A stretch of 64,000 bases of DNA. It comes from Aquidulcibacter sp. (GTDB lineage Bacteria; Pseudomonadota; Alphaproteobacteria; Caulobacterales; Aquidulcibacteraceae). The position numbers were made by a program, and so were the translations under genes. The stretch covers positions 52,261-116,260 of the forward strand of contig NZ_JADCBK010000004.1 of assembly GCF_020253525.1 (NCBI RefSeq), written 5' to 3'. Positions 9,229 to 19,900 of this stretch are shown piece after piece (within the stretch, counting starts at the first letter, position 1; every line of letters starts with the position of its first letter). The notes under the pieces are model-generated. The model did no database searches. It was given only the letters and a program-made list of their open reading frames with translations, and was not told where the DNA came from.

Positions 9229-10283
9229 GGCTTGGTCAGAAGCGGTGCGGGCTTTGGCCGTTCTGGTGCTGGCGGTGGTGCCCCAAAGGCGGGCATGCCT
9301 TTTGGCTGCCCTGCAACTTTAGGCACTTTGGCATCAATCTTGTCCATCCAAGCAATCGCTTGCGGGCCGAGGTCAATCTGCGGGTTAGAAGGATCGAGCC
9401 GCGAGGCCACTTCCCATTTTGTTATCAAGGAACGCGCTTGGGCAAAGGCGTCTGGCAAAGGGACAGGCTGGCGAAGTGCGTTGTTCATCAAGGCATCGCC
9501 AAAAAAGGTCCAGTCATTTTCAGCTCGACAGCCAAAGGATGGCTTATTGGCCGACGCAGCGGTCAAAGTGATGGTGTATTCATTCTGCAAAACCGGAACA
9601 AAAACGCCTGAAAAGCAAGCAGATAGAATGACAAGCCGGTTCTGAATACCCGCCTCGTTCAGCAAAGCCGCCAAGCGCGATGGTGCGATATTGCCCCCGG
9701 CGCGGTCCCCATCACGGTAGTTTAGGCCCGTATTCCAATGCCCATGCGTCGTGATGAAAAGTGCCAGCACATCCTCTTGTTTATTCATCACTTCAGCCAC
9801 GTGGCCCAATGCCTGTGCCAAATGATCTGGGCGACCGTCAGGCACGATTGGGTCGGTTGCAGATCCCGCTGCGCCTTTACCATTAGCCATAACAATGACC
9901 CGCCCTTCGGCATCATAGCGGCTAGCAAGGACCCGGGCGGCTTCGGCGGTTTCGCGTCCAAAAACGCCGTCGCTGTCCATGCCAATGGCAACCACATAGA
10001 CATCAACCACGCCTTTTCGCTCTGGCTTGAGACGCGCGAGGGCGGCGGTCATGGCCCGTGCCTGCCTCAAAGTTTCAATGGGCCCATAGGGCTCAGCAAC
10101 GACAACACTTCCCTTTTGAGCTGCCTCTCGGTCTCGCCTTTCTTGCGCGGCACGCGGATTGGCAGGCTGAAAGCCATAGCTTTGGGCATAGGCTGCTTCA
10201 GGCAGCGCCAATGGCGGCGCAAAGAACGCAAGTAAGCCCAGCCCCAAACAAAGTCCAAAACGCATTGGTGAAGTCATAGGCAA
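9225..10283 (-). CDS. C13 family (legumain-like) cysteine peptidase, exported
   Basis: Signal peptide; ITTHG and LSACFSG His-Cys dyad; SFGC...WTFFG. Confidence 0.82.
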   Translation of the reverse strand: MPMTSPMRFGLCLGLGLLAFFAPPLALPEAAYAQSYGFQPANPRAAQERRDREAAQKGSVVVAEPYGPIETLRQARAMTAALARLKPERKGVVDVYVVAIGMDSDGVFGRETAEAARVLASRYDAEGRVIVMANGKGAAGSATDPIVPDGRPDHLAQALGHVAEVMNKQEDVLALFITTHGHWNTGLNYRDGDRAGGNIAPSRLAALLNEAGIQNRLVILSACFSGVFVPVLQNEYTITLTAASANKPSFGCRAENDWTFFGDALMNNALRQPVPLPDAFAQARSLITKWEVASRLDPSNPQIDLGPQAIAWMDKIDAKVPKVAGQPKGMPAFGAPPPAPERPKPAPLLTKP

Positions 10284-10337
10284 ATATCAGCCCGCAAATG
10301 CTGCTCTGTCTAGCCGATGCGGCGATTTTTCGATGAA

Positions 10338-11516
10338 TTAGGTGCGCTCTAGGCAGATGGCAGTGGCTTCCCCCCCACCAATGCACAGGCTGGCCAGCCC
10401 GCGCTTTGCGCCTCGCGCTTCCATTGCAGCGATCAAGGTCGCGATGATGCGGGAGCCCGACGAGCCGATTGGGTGGCCCAAGGCACAAGCCCCACCATTC
10501 ACATTCACCTTCTCATGCGGGATGCCCAAATCTTTCATGGCAATCATCGGCACAATGGCGAAAGCCTCATTGATCTCAACCAGATCAACATCCTCAACCG
10601 ACCAACCCGCCTTGCTCAGCGCCTTTTGCATGGCTTTGACGGGGGCGGTGGTGAAATAGGCAGGCTCGTGCGCATGGGCGGCACTTGAGACGATTTCGGC
10701 TAGGATTTTCAGGCCGCGCGCTTCGGCCTCAGATTTTGACATCAGAACAAGGGCGGAGGCACCATCGGAAATGGCAGAGGCATTGGCCGCGGTCACCGTG
10801 CCCTCCTTGGTGAAGGCAGGCTTCAAGCTGGGGATTTTCTCTGGGCGGGCCTTGGCGGGCAGTTCATCGCGATCCACCACACTTTCACCGCCTCGGCCGC
10901 TGATGGTGACGGGGGCAATTTCGCGAGCAAATGCCCCAGAGGCAGTGGCAGCTTGCGCCCGCTTCAACGTCTCCAGCGCATAGGCATCTTGCGCCTCACG
11001 GGTGAATTGATACTCACCGGCCACTTGGTCGGCATAAAAGCCCATCGGCTTGCCTTCATAGGCATCTTCCAGACCATCGAGTGCCATATGGTCAAAAATC
11101 CGGTCATGGCCATATTTCATGCCGCCGCGGTGGGTCTTCATCAGATGGGGCGCGTTCGACATGCTCTCCATCCCGCCAGCGATCACAATTTTGGCTTCGC
11201 CTGCCTTGATAGCATTGGCGGCCATGATCGTGGCCTGCATGCCAGAGCCGCACATCTTGTTGAGCGTGGTGGCTTCAACACTGATCGGCAGACCCGCTTT
11301 TAGGGCCGCCTGCCGCGCGGGGGCTTGGCCTTGGCCGGCAGGCAGAACATTGCCCATCAAGATCCAATCCACATCTTCGCCTGCAACGCCTGCTTCGGCC
11401 ATGGCGGCCTTAACGGCGATGGCCCCCAATTCATTAGCGCTAAAGCTGCTCAATTCCCCCAACAACCCACCCATGGGCGTACGGGCCAAACCAACGATGA
11501 CGACGGGGTCTTGCAT
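10338..11516 (-). CDS. Acetyl-CoA C-acyltransferase (thiolase)
   Basis: NKMCGSG, EINEAFA, GHPIGSSG, LCIGGGEA motifs. Confidence 0.95.
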   Translation of the reverse strand: MQDPVVIVGLARTPMGGLLGELSSFSANELGAIAVKAAMAEAGVAGEDVDWILMGNVLPAGQGQAPARQAALKAGLPISVEATTLNKMCGSGMQATIMAANAIKAGEAKIVIAGGMESMSNAPHLMKTHRGGMKYGHDRIFDHMALDGLEDAYEGKPMGFYADQVAGEYQFTREAQDAYALETLKRAQAATASGAFAREIAPVTISGRGGESVVDRDELPAKARPEKIPSLKPAFTKEGTVTAANASAISDGASALVLMSKSEAEARGLKILAEIVSSAAHAHEPAYFTTAPVKAMQKALSKAGWSVEDVDLVEINEAFAIVPMIAMKDLGIPHEKVNVNGGACALGHPIGSSGSRIIATLIAAMEARGAKRGLASLCIGGGEATAICLERT

Positions 11517-11546
11517 GAAGATTTCCTTAGTTAAGCGAGAGCGAAA

Positions 11547-12974
11547 TCACGTCTCTTCAGAATAAGCGCTCAAGGGCGTCACGTCACCCCTATTGGCGAT
11601 CAAAGCTTTCCGACGGCAGAAGCGCTGGAAGCCCGCAGGCCCCATTCGAGAACCGCCTAAACCGCTTGCCTTAAAGCTCTGCTTTTCGGCTTCATAAAAT
11701 TGGCTGGTCAAAGCTGCATCATTCAAGCTGATGGCCCCGGCTTCAATCTGGCGACCAATGGCTTCAGCCTCGTCCAAAGTGCCGGCAATCACGGCGGCCG
11801 ATAGGCCATACTCGGTGTCATTGGCCAGTTGGATCGCCTCTTCAATCGTATCAAATGCCATGACGGGCATCACGGGGCCAAAGGTTTCCTCCCGCATCAG
11901 GGCCATGCTGTGATCGACATTGACCACCACCGTGGGCGCAATCCAGTCCCCGCCCAAATGATGCTCCACAACGCCACCAGTCAGCACGTTCGCGCCCTTG
12001 GCGACCGCATCGGCCAGTTGGGTCGCGATGATGGCGGCCTGCTTGCCAAAAATCATCGGTCCAATCTCGCCCATATTTCGGTCAGGCTGATTGAGGCGTG
12101 CCGCCTTGGCTGCCACAACTAAGCGCGCGACAAAATCCTCATAAAGCGGGCGGGCAACATAAATGCGCTCAATCGACTGGCAGGCTTGGCCAGTCGACAG
12201 AACCGAGCCGCGTAATGCCGCCGTCACGGCTCGGTCGAGATCTGCGGTTTCTGTGATGATCAATGGGTCCTTGCCGCCCAGTTCTAAGAAGGCGGGGATC
12301 AACCTTCCTGCGGCTTGGACAGCCACTTTTTTGCCCGTGGCCACTGAGCCCGTAAAGCAAATCGCATCCACCACATCGATCAAAGCAATACCTGTTCCCC
12401 CATCCCCCAACACCAGTTGCAGCACGCCTTCTAAAGCTGGGACTTCGGCAATCGCCGCGCGTAAGGGCGAGACAAAGCGCGGCGTGACTTCCGATGGTTT
12501 GATGATGACGCTGCACCCAGCCAAAAGCGCCGGGATTGTGTCGATCATGGATAGGGTCAGCGGGAAATTCCACGGGCTGATCACGCCCACCAGCGCGTAG
12601 GGCACCCATTGCGGGGCATGGGCCATGCGTGGATCAAAGCGTCCATCGGTCCAAGCTGTTGGCAAAAGATGTGGCGCTTGGGCAGCCCACCCGCCCAGAC
12701 TTGCCAAAGCCCCTTCAATCTCGCGCCGCGCAATCTTGCCCCGCCCCGTATCCTCGGCAAGCGCCGCATGGATGGAGTCAAAATGGCGGGAAACGGCTGC
12801 TTGAAACTCCAAAAGTGCTTGCGCGCGCCCCTCAAGACCTAAAGCCTGCCAAGCCGTCTGGGCGGCACGCGCGCGGGACGCGAGCGCTTGAACCGCCTCA
12901 ACATCTGCCGCCTCAATCCTGAAGTCGACTTGGCCCGTGCGTGGATTTTTGACGTCTAGGTCGCGTCTGCTCAT
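11547..12974 (-). CDS. Aldehyde dehydrogenase family protein
   Basis: ISPWNFP, KPSE, FTGS, LELGGKD, GQACQSIER, EETFGP motifs. Confidence 0.92.
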   Translation of the reverse strand: MSRRDLDVKNPRTGQVDFRIEAADVEAVQALASRARAAQTAWQALGLEGRAQALLEFQAAVSRHFDSIHAALAEDTGRGKIARREIEGALASLGGWAAQAPHLLPTAWTDGRFDPRMAHAPQWVPYALVGVISPWNFPLTLSMIDTIPALLAGCSVIIKPSEVTPRFVSPLRAAIAEVPALEGVLQLVLGDGGTGIALIDVVDAICFTGSVATGKKVAVQAAGRLIPAFLELGGKDPLIITETADLDRAVTAALRGSVLSTGQACQSIERIYVARPLYEDFVARLVVAAKAARLNQPDRNMGEIGPMIFGKQAAIIATQLADAVAKGANVLTGGVVEHHLGGDWIAPTVVVNVDHSMALMREETFGPVMPVMAFDTIEEAIQLANDTEYGLSAAVIAGTLDEAEAIGRQIEAGAISLNDAALTSQFYEAEKQSFKASGLGGSRMGPAGFQRFCRRKALIANRGDVTPLSAYSEET

Positions 12975-14560
12975 AGGCCTAATACCCCGGGATTCATGCG
13001 ATGATGTGGATCAAGATGGGCCTTGATCGCCTTAAGAAGCGCCCAGGTGACCGGCTCACGGGTTTGGGCATAACGATAGGTGCGGCCAATTTGGAAATGG
13101 GTTGCCCCGAAGCGCTCGAAGATGTCGAGTATTTTGCCGCGCACTTCATCCACCAAGGCTGCATTATCGGCATTGGCGGGCAGCTTTGGCACTTTGGCCA
13201 AGTAGGACGGTTCGAGCGTGGTTTCATGAATGCCATAGCGCGCGTCTGGCCAGAAGAAGACGGGCTCAATCAAAAAGCCATTGGTGCTGATGGTGGTCAC
13301 CAAATAACCACTTGTCATGCCGCGTGCTTCAAAATCCTTGCCGTAAGAAGCAAACAAATCATCCAAAGCCTGCCAGCAAGGCTCACCCTGTGACAGCGGC
13401 ACAATGCCATGGATCGGCACCCACCGTTCGCCGTCTGGACCCAGAATATTATTGAGCGGGGTAAAGGGTGCGGCGCGCATCGCTTTGGGAATGGTATTCT
13501 CAATTTCCCGCCCGCCATGGCTCTTCACAAGCTCGCGCAAGGTTCGGGCAGCATCCTCGACTTGGGCAGCCGAAGCGCCTTCGGTGATCAGATGCAAAGT
13601 ATAGCCCGCATCATCCATGAAGCCACGGCCTGCCAGAGCCATTTTCGCGCCCTGCTTGACCCCTTCAAACATGTTTTTCTGCGCGCCAATGACTGCGGCA
13701 AGGGTTTTTACGTCCTGCAATAGACTGGCGCGTCGCATGCGAATTTTTGCGAGATTGGGGTCAAAGGCGCAGACTTCGCTGGCTAAATTGGTGCGCGCGA
13801 CTGCAGCTGTGGCGCGTGCCGTGGCGGCTAAATCAGGCAAGGCAAAGCTTAAGTGCGCTTCATGGGCAGGGGCCGGGATCAGCCGTAAGGTGACTTCAGC
13901 CTTGATGCCCAGCGCACCACAATCGCCACAGAATAGGCCTGTTAAGTCCGGTCCATAATGTTTGAAGAAGGGGCTGCCGCCAATCGTCCCCGCACTGCCA
14001 GTTCGCACGATGCTGCCATCGGCCAAGACCACAGTCAGACAGGTAACGCTTTCTGAAGTTGTGCCCCAAATGCCCGCACCAAAAAAGGCGTTTAATTGCG
14101 ACAGGCCACCGCCAATCGTCGAGCTAATGCCCGAAAGTGGCCCCCAAAACGGGGTGCGCAGCCCATGTGGGGTTAGGGCGGCTTGCAAGGATGCCCACGT
14201 TGCACCAGCCTGTACCGTCACCAACATATCTTCAGGACTGACTGAGATGACCTGATCCATGCGCCGCGTATCGATAAGGACGGCTCCGGCCTGATCGGTG
14301 ACAAAGCCTGAGGTATAGCTCATACCGCCGCCACGCGGCACGATGATGGCCCCGGCTTGATGGGCCGCCTCCAAAACGTGCGACAATTCTTGGGTGGTGG
14401 CTGGCGCGACAACCAGGCCTGCGACACCGCCTTGGCTGAAAACATCCTCACTCATCGCGCGGCGGGTATCCTCGTCGCGTGAGACATATTCTGCCCCAAT
14501 CAGCTGAGCCAGACGGTCGGCCAGAGCCATAAGTGTTGGAGCTGGTTCAGCCATGATCAA
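12971..14560 (-). CDS. FAD-binding oxidoreductase (VAO/PCMH, D-2-hydroxyacid dehydrogenase-like)
   Basis: PRGGGMSY, TIGGGLS, GDCGALG and C-terminal DPHHRMNPG. Confidence 0.88.
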   Translation of the reverse strand: MIMAEPAPTLMALADRLAQLIGAEYVSRDEDTRRAMSEDVFSQGGVAGLVVAPATTQELSHVLEAAHQAGAIIVPRGGGMSYTSGFVTDQAGAVLIDTRRMDQVISVSPEDMLVTVQAGATWASLQAALTPHGLRTPFWGPLSGISSTIGGGLSQLNAFFGAGIWGTTSESVTCLTVVLADGSIVRTGSAGTIGGSPFFKHYGPDLTGLFCGDCGALGIKAEVTLRLIPAPAHEAHLSFALPDLAATARATAAVARTNLASEVCAFDPNLAKIRMRRASLLQDVKTLAAVIGAQKNMFEGVKQGAKMALAGRGFMDDAGYTLHLITEGASAAQVEDAARTLRELVKSHGGREIENTIPKAMRAAPFTPLNNILGPDGERWVPIHGIVPLSQGEPCWQALDDLFASYGKDFEARGMTSGYLVTTISTNGFLIEPVFFWPDARYGIHETTLEPSYLAKVPKLPANADNAALVDEVRGKILDIFERFGATHFQIGRTYRYAQTREPVTWALLKAIKAHLDPHHRMNPGVLGL

Positions 14561-14566
14561 GATCCT

Positions 14567-15223
14567 TTAAAGCGGTTTAGCTAAGCCCAAAAAAGCCGCA
14601 GCGAGCAATAGAAGCCAAATGGTGACGACCAGCGGGCGGCTTTCATCTAAAGCGCGCGCAATCTCTTGATCGACCTCAGGACTAGCGCCTTCTTGCACAA
14701 GACGTCCAAAGGCCGGGCCAAAGCGAACCAGCGCACGACGGATCAACAAGCCGCACAGGATGGTGGCGGCAAGGATGGCGCATTTGGCCTTTAAAAAAAG
14801 CGGCAAGGCTGGTGCTTGGGGCCAGAGGTTCAAAGCGAGAATGGCCAAGACGGCGATCATGGCCCAACGAATGGCGAGGTCGGCTCGACGTGCGAGGGAC
14901 GTTGGCCCCACGTGTCGCAGGTGCAGCACCCAAGCGAGGACGAGCCAGATCAGGCCGAAGGTCCAAATCAAGGCAAGGCTGAAAGGCCCCAAGATCAGCC
15001 AACCCTTAAGCGCGGCCAAGGTCAGCCCCGTCGGCAGGGTCAAGATCATCGCCGTGCGCGGGGCCATGTCGACCTGCGCCAAAACTTGCGCCGCTGCGAT
15101 GCGTGCTGCTGCCGGCTGCTTGGGATTGGTTAGAATGGTGGAGCTATAAAACACGCCCAAATCGCCGCCGAGCCAATAGACGAAGACGAGAAGATGCAAG
15201 AGCGTGAAAAGGGCTAAGTCCAC
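14567..15223 (-). CDS. Uncharacterised multi-pass membrane protein
   Basis: About 5 hydrophobic segments; HLLVFVYWLGGDLGVF N-terminal motif; ends 6 bp before the FAD oxidoreductase. Confidence 0.75.
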   Translation of the reverse strand: MDLALFTLLHLLVFVYWLGGDLGVFYSSTILTNPKQPAAARIAAAQVLAQVDMAPRTAMILTLPTGLTLAALKGWLILGPFSLALIWTFGLIWLVLAWVLHLRHVGPTSLARRADLAIRWAMIAVLAILALNLWPQAPALPLFLKAKCAILAATILCGLLIRRALVRFGPAFGRLVQEGASPEVDQEIARALDESRPLVVTIWLLLLAAAFLGLAKPL

Positions 15224-15244
15224 TTCAGTGCCGATCCGTTCAAA

Positions 15245-15262
15245 TGATATATTTCTATATCA
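15245..15262. promoter_or_regulatory. Palindrome TGATATA-TTTC-TATATCA, candidate operator for the 15223->11547 unit
   Basis: Perfect 7-bp arms, 22 bp upstream of the GTG at 15223. Confidence 0.5.
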
Positions 15263-15288
15263 ATTAATTGGATCCGTTCGCAAGCCAA

Positions 15289-16131
15289 TTAAGCCCGCAA
15301 GAGGCCCAAGATGCGCGCCAATGTCGACTTCAGCTCACGCCGATCGACGACGATATCGACCATGCCATGCTCAAGCAGATATTCAGAGCGCTGGAAGCCC
15401 GGTGGCAATTTCTGGCGGATGGTTTGTTCGATAACGCGTTGTCCAGCAAAGCCGATCAAGGCACCGGGCTCTGCGATGTGAATATCGCCCAACATCGCAT
15501 AGCTGGCCGTGACGCCGCCTGTGGTCGGGTCGGTCAATACAACAATATAGGGCAGCCCAGCACGGCGCAGCGCATCAATCGCCAAAGTCGTCCGTGGCAT
15601 TTGCATCAGGGACAAAATGCCCTCTTGCATGCGGGCACCCCCTGCTGCGGTAAAGCAGATCAGCGGGCATTTGCGTTCCAACGCTTCTTGGGCAGCTTTG
15701 ATAAAGGCTTCGCCCGCAGCCATGCCGAGCGATCCACCCATGAAGTTAAAGTCTTGCACCAAGGCAACGGTGTAATTGCCACCAACCTTGCCATAGCCAA
15801 TGGCCATCGCATCATCGCGACCTGTCTTGGCGCGCGCATCTTTCAATCGGTCGACATAGCGCTTGTCGTCTTTGAATTTCAGCGGGTCTTCAACCACTTT
15901 CGGCGTATCGATCGCCAGCCAGCTTTCGCCGTCAAACAAATAGCGGAAGCGAAGCTCGGGCCCAATGCGCATGTGACGGCCCGAAGGCGTCACCCATTGG
16001 CTGTTTTCCAGATCAACCCGATAGAGCATTTCGCCACTATCAGGGTCCTTGACCCACAAATTGTCGGGCGTTTCCCGCTTTTGCAAAAGCTTATTGATGC
16101 CCGGACGGATACGGTCGATCCAGCTATTCAT
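15289..16131 (-). CDS. accD: Acetyl-CoA carboxylase carboxyltransferase beta subunit
   Basis: [46 protein letters not shown]; ATG at 16131. Confidence 0.96.
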   Translation of the reverse strand: MNSWIDRIRPGINKLLQKRETPDNLWVKDPDSGEMLYRVDLENSQWVTPSGRHMRIGPELRFRYLFDGESWLAIDTPKVVEDPLKFKDDKRYVDRLKDARAKTGRDDAMAIGYGKVGGNYTVALVQDFNFMGGSLGMAAGEAFIKAAQEALERKCPLICFTAAGGARMQEGILSLMQMPRTTLAIDALRRAGLPYIVVLTDPTTGGVTASYAMLGDIHIAEPGALIGFAGQRVIEQTIRQKLPPGFQRSEYLLEHGMVDIVVDRRELKSTLARILGLLRA

Positions 16132-16142
16132 GCCTGTGGCTC

Positions 16143-16958
16143 CTAGCGGGCTTGCGCAATGGCTTGCGACAAGGACTGACAAAACAAAGCTGCAGCCATT
16201 GCAGCATCGCCACCAGTTTCATGTGCACTGGCGATCACGTCAACCAGCGCAGAGCCAACCACCACGCCATCTGCGATTTTGGCCGTGCGCGCGGCCGCCT
16301 CAGGCGTCTTAATCCCAAAGCCGACTGCAACCGGCAGGCCTGAAGCCTTGCGCACGTCCGCGACTGCCTCAGCAATATCAGCCGTCTCAATCGCCTTGTC
16401 ACCAGTTATGCCCGCAACGGAGACATAATAGACAAAGCCGCTGACGCCCGCGACGACCGCAGGCAAGCGCTTGGCGTCGGTTGTAGGCGTTGCCAGACGG
16501 ATCAAAGCAAGATCGCTGGCCTGCATGGCGGCGCGTAAATCCGCATCCTCTTCGGGCGGCGCATCCACGATGATCGCCCCATCAATGCCCACTTCGGCGG
16601 CATGGCGGGCAAAGGCATCATAGCCCATGGTCTCAACGGGATTGAGATAGCCCATGACGATCAGGGGCGTTTCAGGATGCTTCTGGCGAAACTGGGCAAC
16701 CAAGGCCATGGTCTTGCGCAAAGTGGTGCCATTTTTCAAAGCGCGAATCCCAGCGCGCTGGATCGACGGGCCATCGGCCATAGGGTCGGTAAAGGGAAAG
16801 CCCAGCTCAATTACATCCACGCCCGCCTTGGGCAAAGCGTCGAGAATCGCTGCACATACTTCCAGCGAAGGATCACCGGCCATGACATAGGCAACCAAAG
16901 CGGCCCGATTTTCGGCTTTGGCGCGGGCGAAAGCGTTCGAAAGACGTCCGACTGGCAT
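16143..16958 (-). CDS. trpA: Tryptophan synthase alpha chain
   Basis: [32 protein letters not shown] motifs. Confidence 0.97.
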   Translation of the reverse strand: MPVGRLSNAFARAKAENRAALVAYVMAGDPSLEVCAAILDALPKAGVDVIELGFPFTDPMADGPSIQRAGIRALKNGTTLRKTMALVAQFRQKHPETPLIVMGYLNPVETMGYDAFARHAAEVGIDGAIIVDAPPEEDADLRAAMQASDLALIRLATPTTDAKRLPAVVAGVSGFVYYVSVAGITGDKAIETADIAEAVADVRKASGLPVAVGFGIKTPEAAARTAKIADGVVVGSALVDVIASAHETGGDAAMAAALFCQSLSQAIAQAR

Positions 16959-18169
16959 TAGATTTTCGCCCCTAAAGCATTGGCGATGGTGAAAATGTCT
17001 TTGTCGCCACGGCCACAGAGGTTCATCACGACAATCCCGCCTTTCCCAACATCCTTGGCGATCTCACCCACGCGGGCCAGAGCATGCGATGGCTCTAGGG
17101 CAGGCAGAATACCCTCTAAGCGTGCGCAGAGTTGGAAGGCTTCTAGCGCCTCATCGTCGGTGGCCGACAAATAGGTCGCCCGGCCCGTATCTTTCAAAAA
17201 CGCATGCTCGGGCCCAACACCTGGATAGTCGAGGCCTGCCGAGATGGAGTGCGCATCGATGATTTGGCCATCGTCATTTTGTAGCAGATAGGTGCGATTG
17301 CCGTGCAAAACGCCGGGGCGGCCGCCCGTCAAAGCTGCCGCATGGAGGCCAGTTTCAATGCCATGACCTGCCGCTTCCACACCATAAATCTTCACGCTTT
17401 CGTCTTCGAGGAAAGGGTGGAATAGACCAATCGCATTCGAGCCCCCACCGATACAAGCCACCAATGCATCGGGCAGACGACCTTCGCGTTCCAGCATTTG
17501 CTGCTTGGTTTCCCGGCCAATCACCGATTGGAAGTCACGCACCAATTGCGGATAGGGATGTGGGCCTGCGACCGTGCCGATGATGTAGAAGGTGTCCTTC
17601 ACATTGGTGACCCAATCGCGCAGGGCTTCATTCATGGCGTCCTTAAGCGTTGCCGTTCCTGCATCCACGGGGCGAACTTCTGCCCCCAACAGCTTCATAC
17701 GGAACACATTGGGGCTTTGCCGCTCAACGTCCGTCGCGCCCATATAAACGATACAGGGCAGACCAAAGCGGGCGCAGACCGTTGCCGTGGCCACGCCATG
17801 TTGGCCGGCCCCCGTCTCGGCAATGATACGCGTCTTACCCATGCGCATGGCCAAGAATATCTGGCCCATACAATTATTGATCTTATGGGCACCAGTATGG
17901 TTGAGCTCATCGCGCTTGAAATAGATTTTTGCGCCGCCGAAATGCTCCGTCAAACGCTCTGCGAAATAAAGCGGGCTTGGGCGGCCGACATAGTCGCGCA
18001 AGAAAATGTCTAGGGTTTCCTGAAAGCTTGGATCGGCTTTGGCCTCCTCATAGGCCTGCTGCAGCGCCAAGATGTTGGGCATCAGGGTTTCAGCGACAAA
18101 GCGACCGCCAAATTGGCCAAAGCGGCCTTGCGCATCGGGATAAGAACCCCAGGAATTACGTGCGTCCAT
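16958..18169 (-). CDS. trpB: Tryptophan synthase beta chain
   Basis: [12 protein letters not shown] lysine, [22 protein letters not shown]. Confidence 0.98.
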   Translation of the reverse strand: MDARNSWGSYPDAQGRFGQFGGRFVAETLMPNILALQQAYEEAKADPSFQETLDIFLRDYVGRPSPLYFAERLTEHFGGAKIYFKRDELNHTGAHKINNCMGQIFLAMRMGKTRIIAETGAGQHGVATATVCARFGLPCIVYMGATDVERQSPNVFRMKLLGAEVRPVDAGTATLKDAMNEALRDWVTNVKDTFYIIGTVAGPHPYPQLVRDFQSVIGRETKQQMLEREGRLPDALVACIGGGSNAIGLFHPFLEDESVKIYGVEAAGHGIETGLHAAALTGGRPGVLHGNRTYLLQNDDGQIIDAHSISAGLDYPGVGPEHAFLKDTGRATYLSATDDEALEAFQLCARLEGILPALEPSHALARVGEIAKDVGKGGIVVMNLCGRGDKDIFTIANALGAKI

Positions 18170-18188
18170 CTTGTTTAGTGATCCATTC

Positions 18189-18827
18189 TCAGTCGTTCAA
18201 AGCTTGCATAAAGCTAGCGATCCGCCCTCTATCCTTTAGGCCGGGCGCGGCCTCAACACCAGAGGAGACATCCACCAAAGGTGCACCGGTTCGCCGCACC
18301 GCCGCTGCGACATTCTCTGGATTCAAGCCGCCCGACAAAAACCAAGGCACAGGGCATTGGAAGCCCTGTAAAATCGTCCAGTCAAACACATGTCCTAGGC
18401 CCCCAGGGCGATCGGCACCTTTGGGGGCCTTGGCGTCAAACAGGACATAATCAACGACGCCAAGATAGGGCTTAATCTGCTCTAGGTCCTCGCGCTCGGA
18501 AATGCCAAACGCCCGGATGATGCCGACGCCGCGCGCCCTAATGGCCGCACAACGCTCTGGGCTCTCTTTGCCCTGCACTTGCAGAAAGTCTGGGCCAAGC
18601 TCTGACATCACTTGATCCAGCAAGGCATCGTCAGGGTCCACCACAACCGATACCGTACGCGCCATGCCCGCCGCCATTTTCGCCAGAGGCTTAGCGTCAG
18701 CTGGCAGGATATGGCGCGGGCTTTTAGGAAAAGTCACAAAGCCGATGAAAGCCGCGCCATAAGCCAAGGCATCGGCCACCGTTTGGCGGTCAGACAATCC
18801 ACAAATCTTGGCTTCGGCAAGGCGCAT
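18189..18827 (-). CDS. trpF: Phosphoribosylanthranilate isomerase
   Basis: [34 protein letters not shown]. Confidence 0.96.
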   Translation of the reverse strand: MRLAEAKICGLSDRQTVADALAYGAAFIGFVTFPKSPRHILPADAKPLAKMAAGMARTVSVVVDPDDALLDQVMSELGPDFLQVQGKESPERCAAIRARGVGIIRAFGISEREDLEQIKPYLGVVDYVLFDAKAPKGADRPGGLGHVFDWTILQGFQCPVPWFLSGGLNPENVAAAVRRTGAPLVDVSSGVEAAPGLKDRGRIASFMQALND

Positions 18828-18893
18828 GCCTGCTCATGTAGAGCGTTCAGCCACAAAGCAAAAGCGCGCACTGCGGCAAAAAGGCGTTCGACC

Positions 18894-19298
18894 TCAGCTT
18901 TGTTTTTTAAGCAGGTCGCGAATTTCGGCCAAAAGCTCTTCTTGGGTTGGACCTGCCGGGGCTGCGGGGGCAGGCGCTGGCGCGCGCACGCGGTTATAGG
19001 ACTTAACCACCAAGAACAGCACAAAGCCTACGATGACAAAATTCAAGCCCGCCGCCAAAACATCGCCATAACCTATGGCTACTTCGGCCTTTTTGGTTGC
19101 TTCGTCTGCGGCTTGCAGCACGATCTTCATACCCGCCAAATCGACGCCGCCGGTCAACAGGCCCACGACCGGCATAATCACCTTGTCGACAAAAGCCGAA
19201 ACGATTTTGCCGAATGCGGCGCCGATGACCACACCGACGGCAAGGTCGACGACATTGCCGCCCGAGATAAAGGCTTTGAACTCATCAGCGAGGCTCAT
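18894..19298 (-). CDS. mscL: Large-conductance mechanosensitive channel
   Basis: EFKAFI..GNVVDLAVGVVIGAAFGKIV, EELLAEIRDLL. Confidence 0.97.
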   Translation of the reverse strand: MSLADEFKAFISGGNVVDLAVGVVIGAAFGKIVSAFVDKVIMPVVGLLTGGVDLAGMKIVLQAADEATKKAEVAIGYGDVLAAGLNFVIVGFVLFLVVKSYNRVRAPAPAPAAPAGPTQEELLAEIRDLLKKQS

Positions 19299-19425
19299 GC
19301 TGCTATCCTTCTACGCACGATTAGCAGAACGCGGCGCACCCGTTTTCAGGGTCCACCGCGCTCTTGGGAAACTGGGAATGGGAATGGGAAAAGTGGTGAT
19401 GCGCTGCTGCGGGTGCGCCACAGGC

Positions 19426-19722
19426 TTATTCGCCAGGATCAACGCCACCATTGAGGCGGGCGCGCAATTCCTTGCCCGCCTTGAAGAAGGGCGCATGCTT
19501 GGCTTCTACTGCCACACCTTCCCCCGTGCGTGGGTTGCGCCCCTGACGAGCCCCGCGCGAGCGCACCGAAAATGCTCCGAACCCGCGCAATTCAACGCGG
19601 TCGCCTCTTTCCAATGCCTTGGTGATCTCTTCCAATACGGTATCGACGACGCGTTCGACATCCCCATGAAATAGATGCGGATTCTCGGTAGCTAATTTAG
19701 CAACAAGTTCAGATCGCAACAT
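19426..19722 (-). CDS. ihfB: Integration host factor beta subunit
   Basis: [27 protein letters not shown]; located downstream of rpsA. Confidence 0.95.
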   Translation of the reverse strand: MLRSELVAKLATENPHLFHGDVERVVDTVLEEITKALERGDRVELRGFGAFSVRSRGARQGRNPRTGEGVAVEAKHAPFFKAGKELRARLNGGVDPGE

Positions 19723-19816
19723 ATGGGTCTGTCCCCCAGTTAAACTTTATCACGCACATATAACAGCAAAAAACCACTTATGCGCAAGCCTTCGCAAGGA
19801 AATTTGTCTTTGACCG

Positions 19817-19851
19817 AAAAATAAAAAGGCCAGAGCAACGCTCTGGCCTTT
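19817..19851 (-). terminator. Rho-independent terminator of rpsA
   Basis: AAAGGCCAGAGC-AAC-GCTCTGGCCTTT stem; the A-rich flank gives a U tract on the minus strand. Confidence 0.85.
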
Positions 19852-19900
19852 CTGCATAGATCTGGTTTCTTGGCGTGATCTTGGATCACCTCCACGAAAC

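Noticed and set aside
15268-16146. 292-aa plus-strand ORF
   Set aside because: Antisense to accD, with no recognisable motifs
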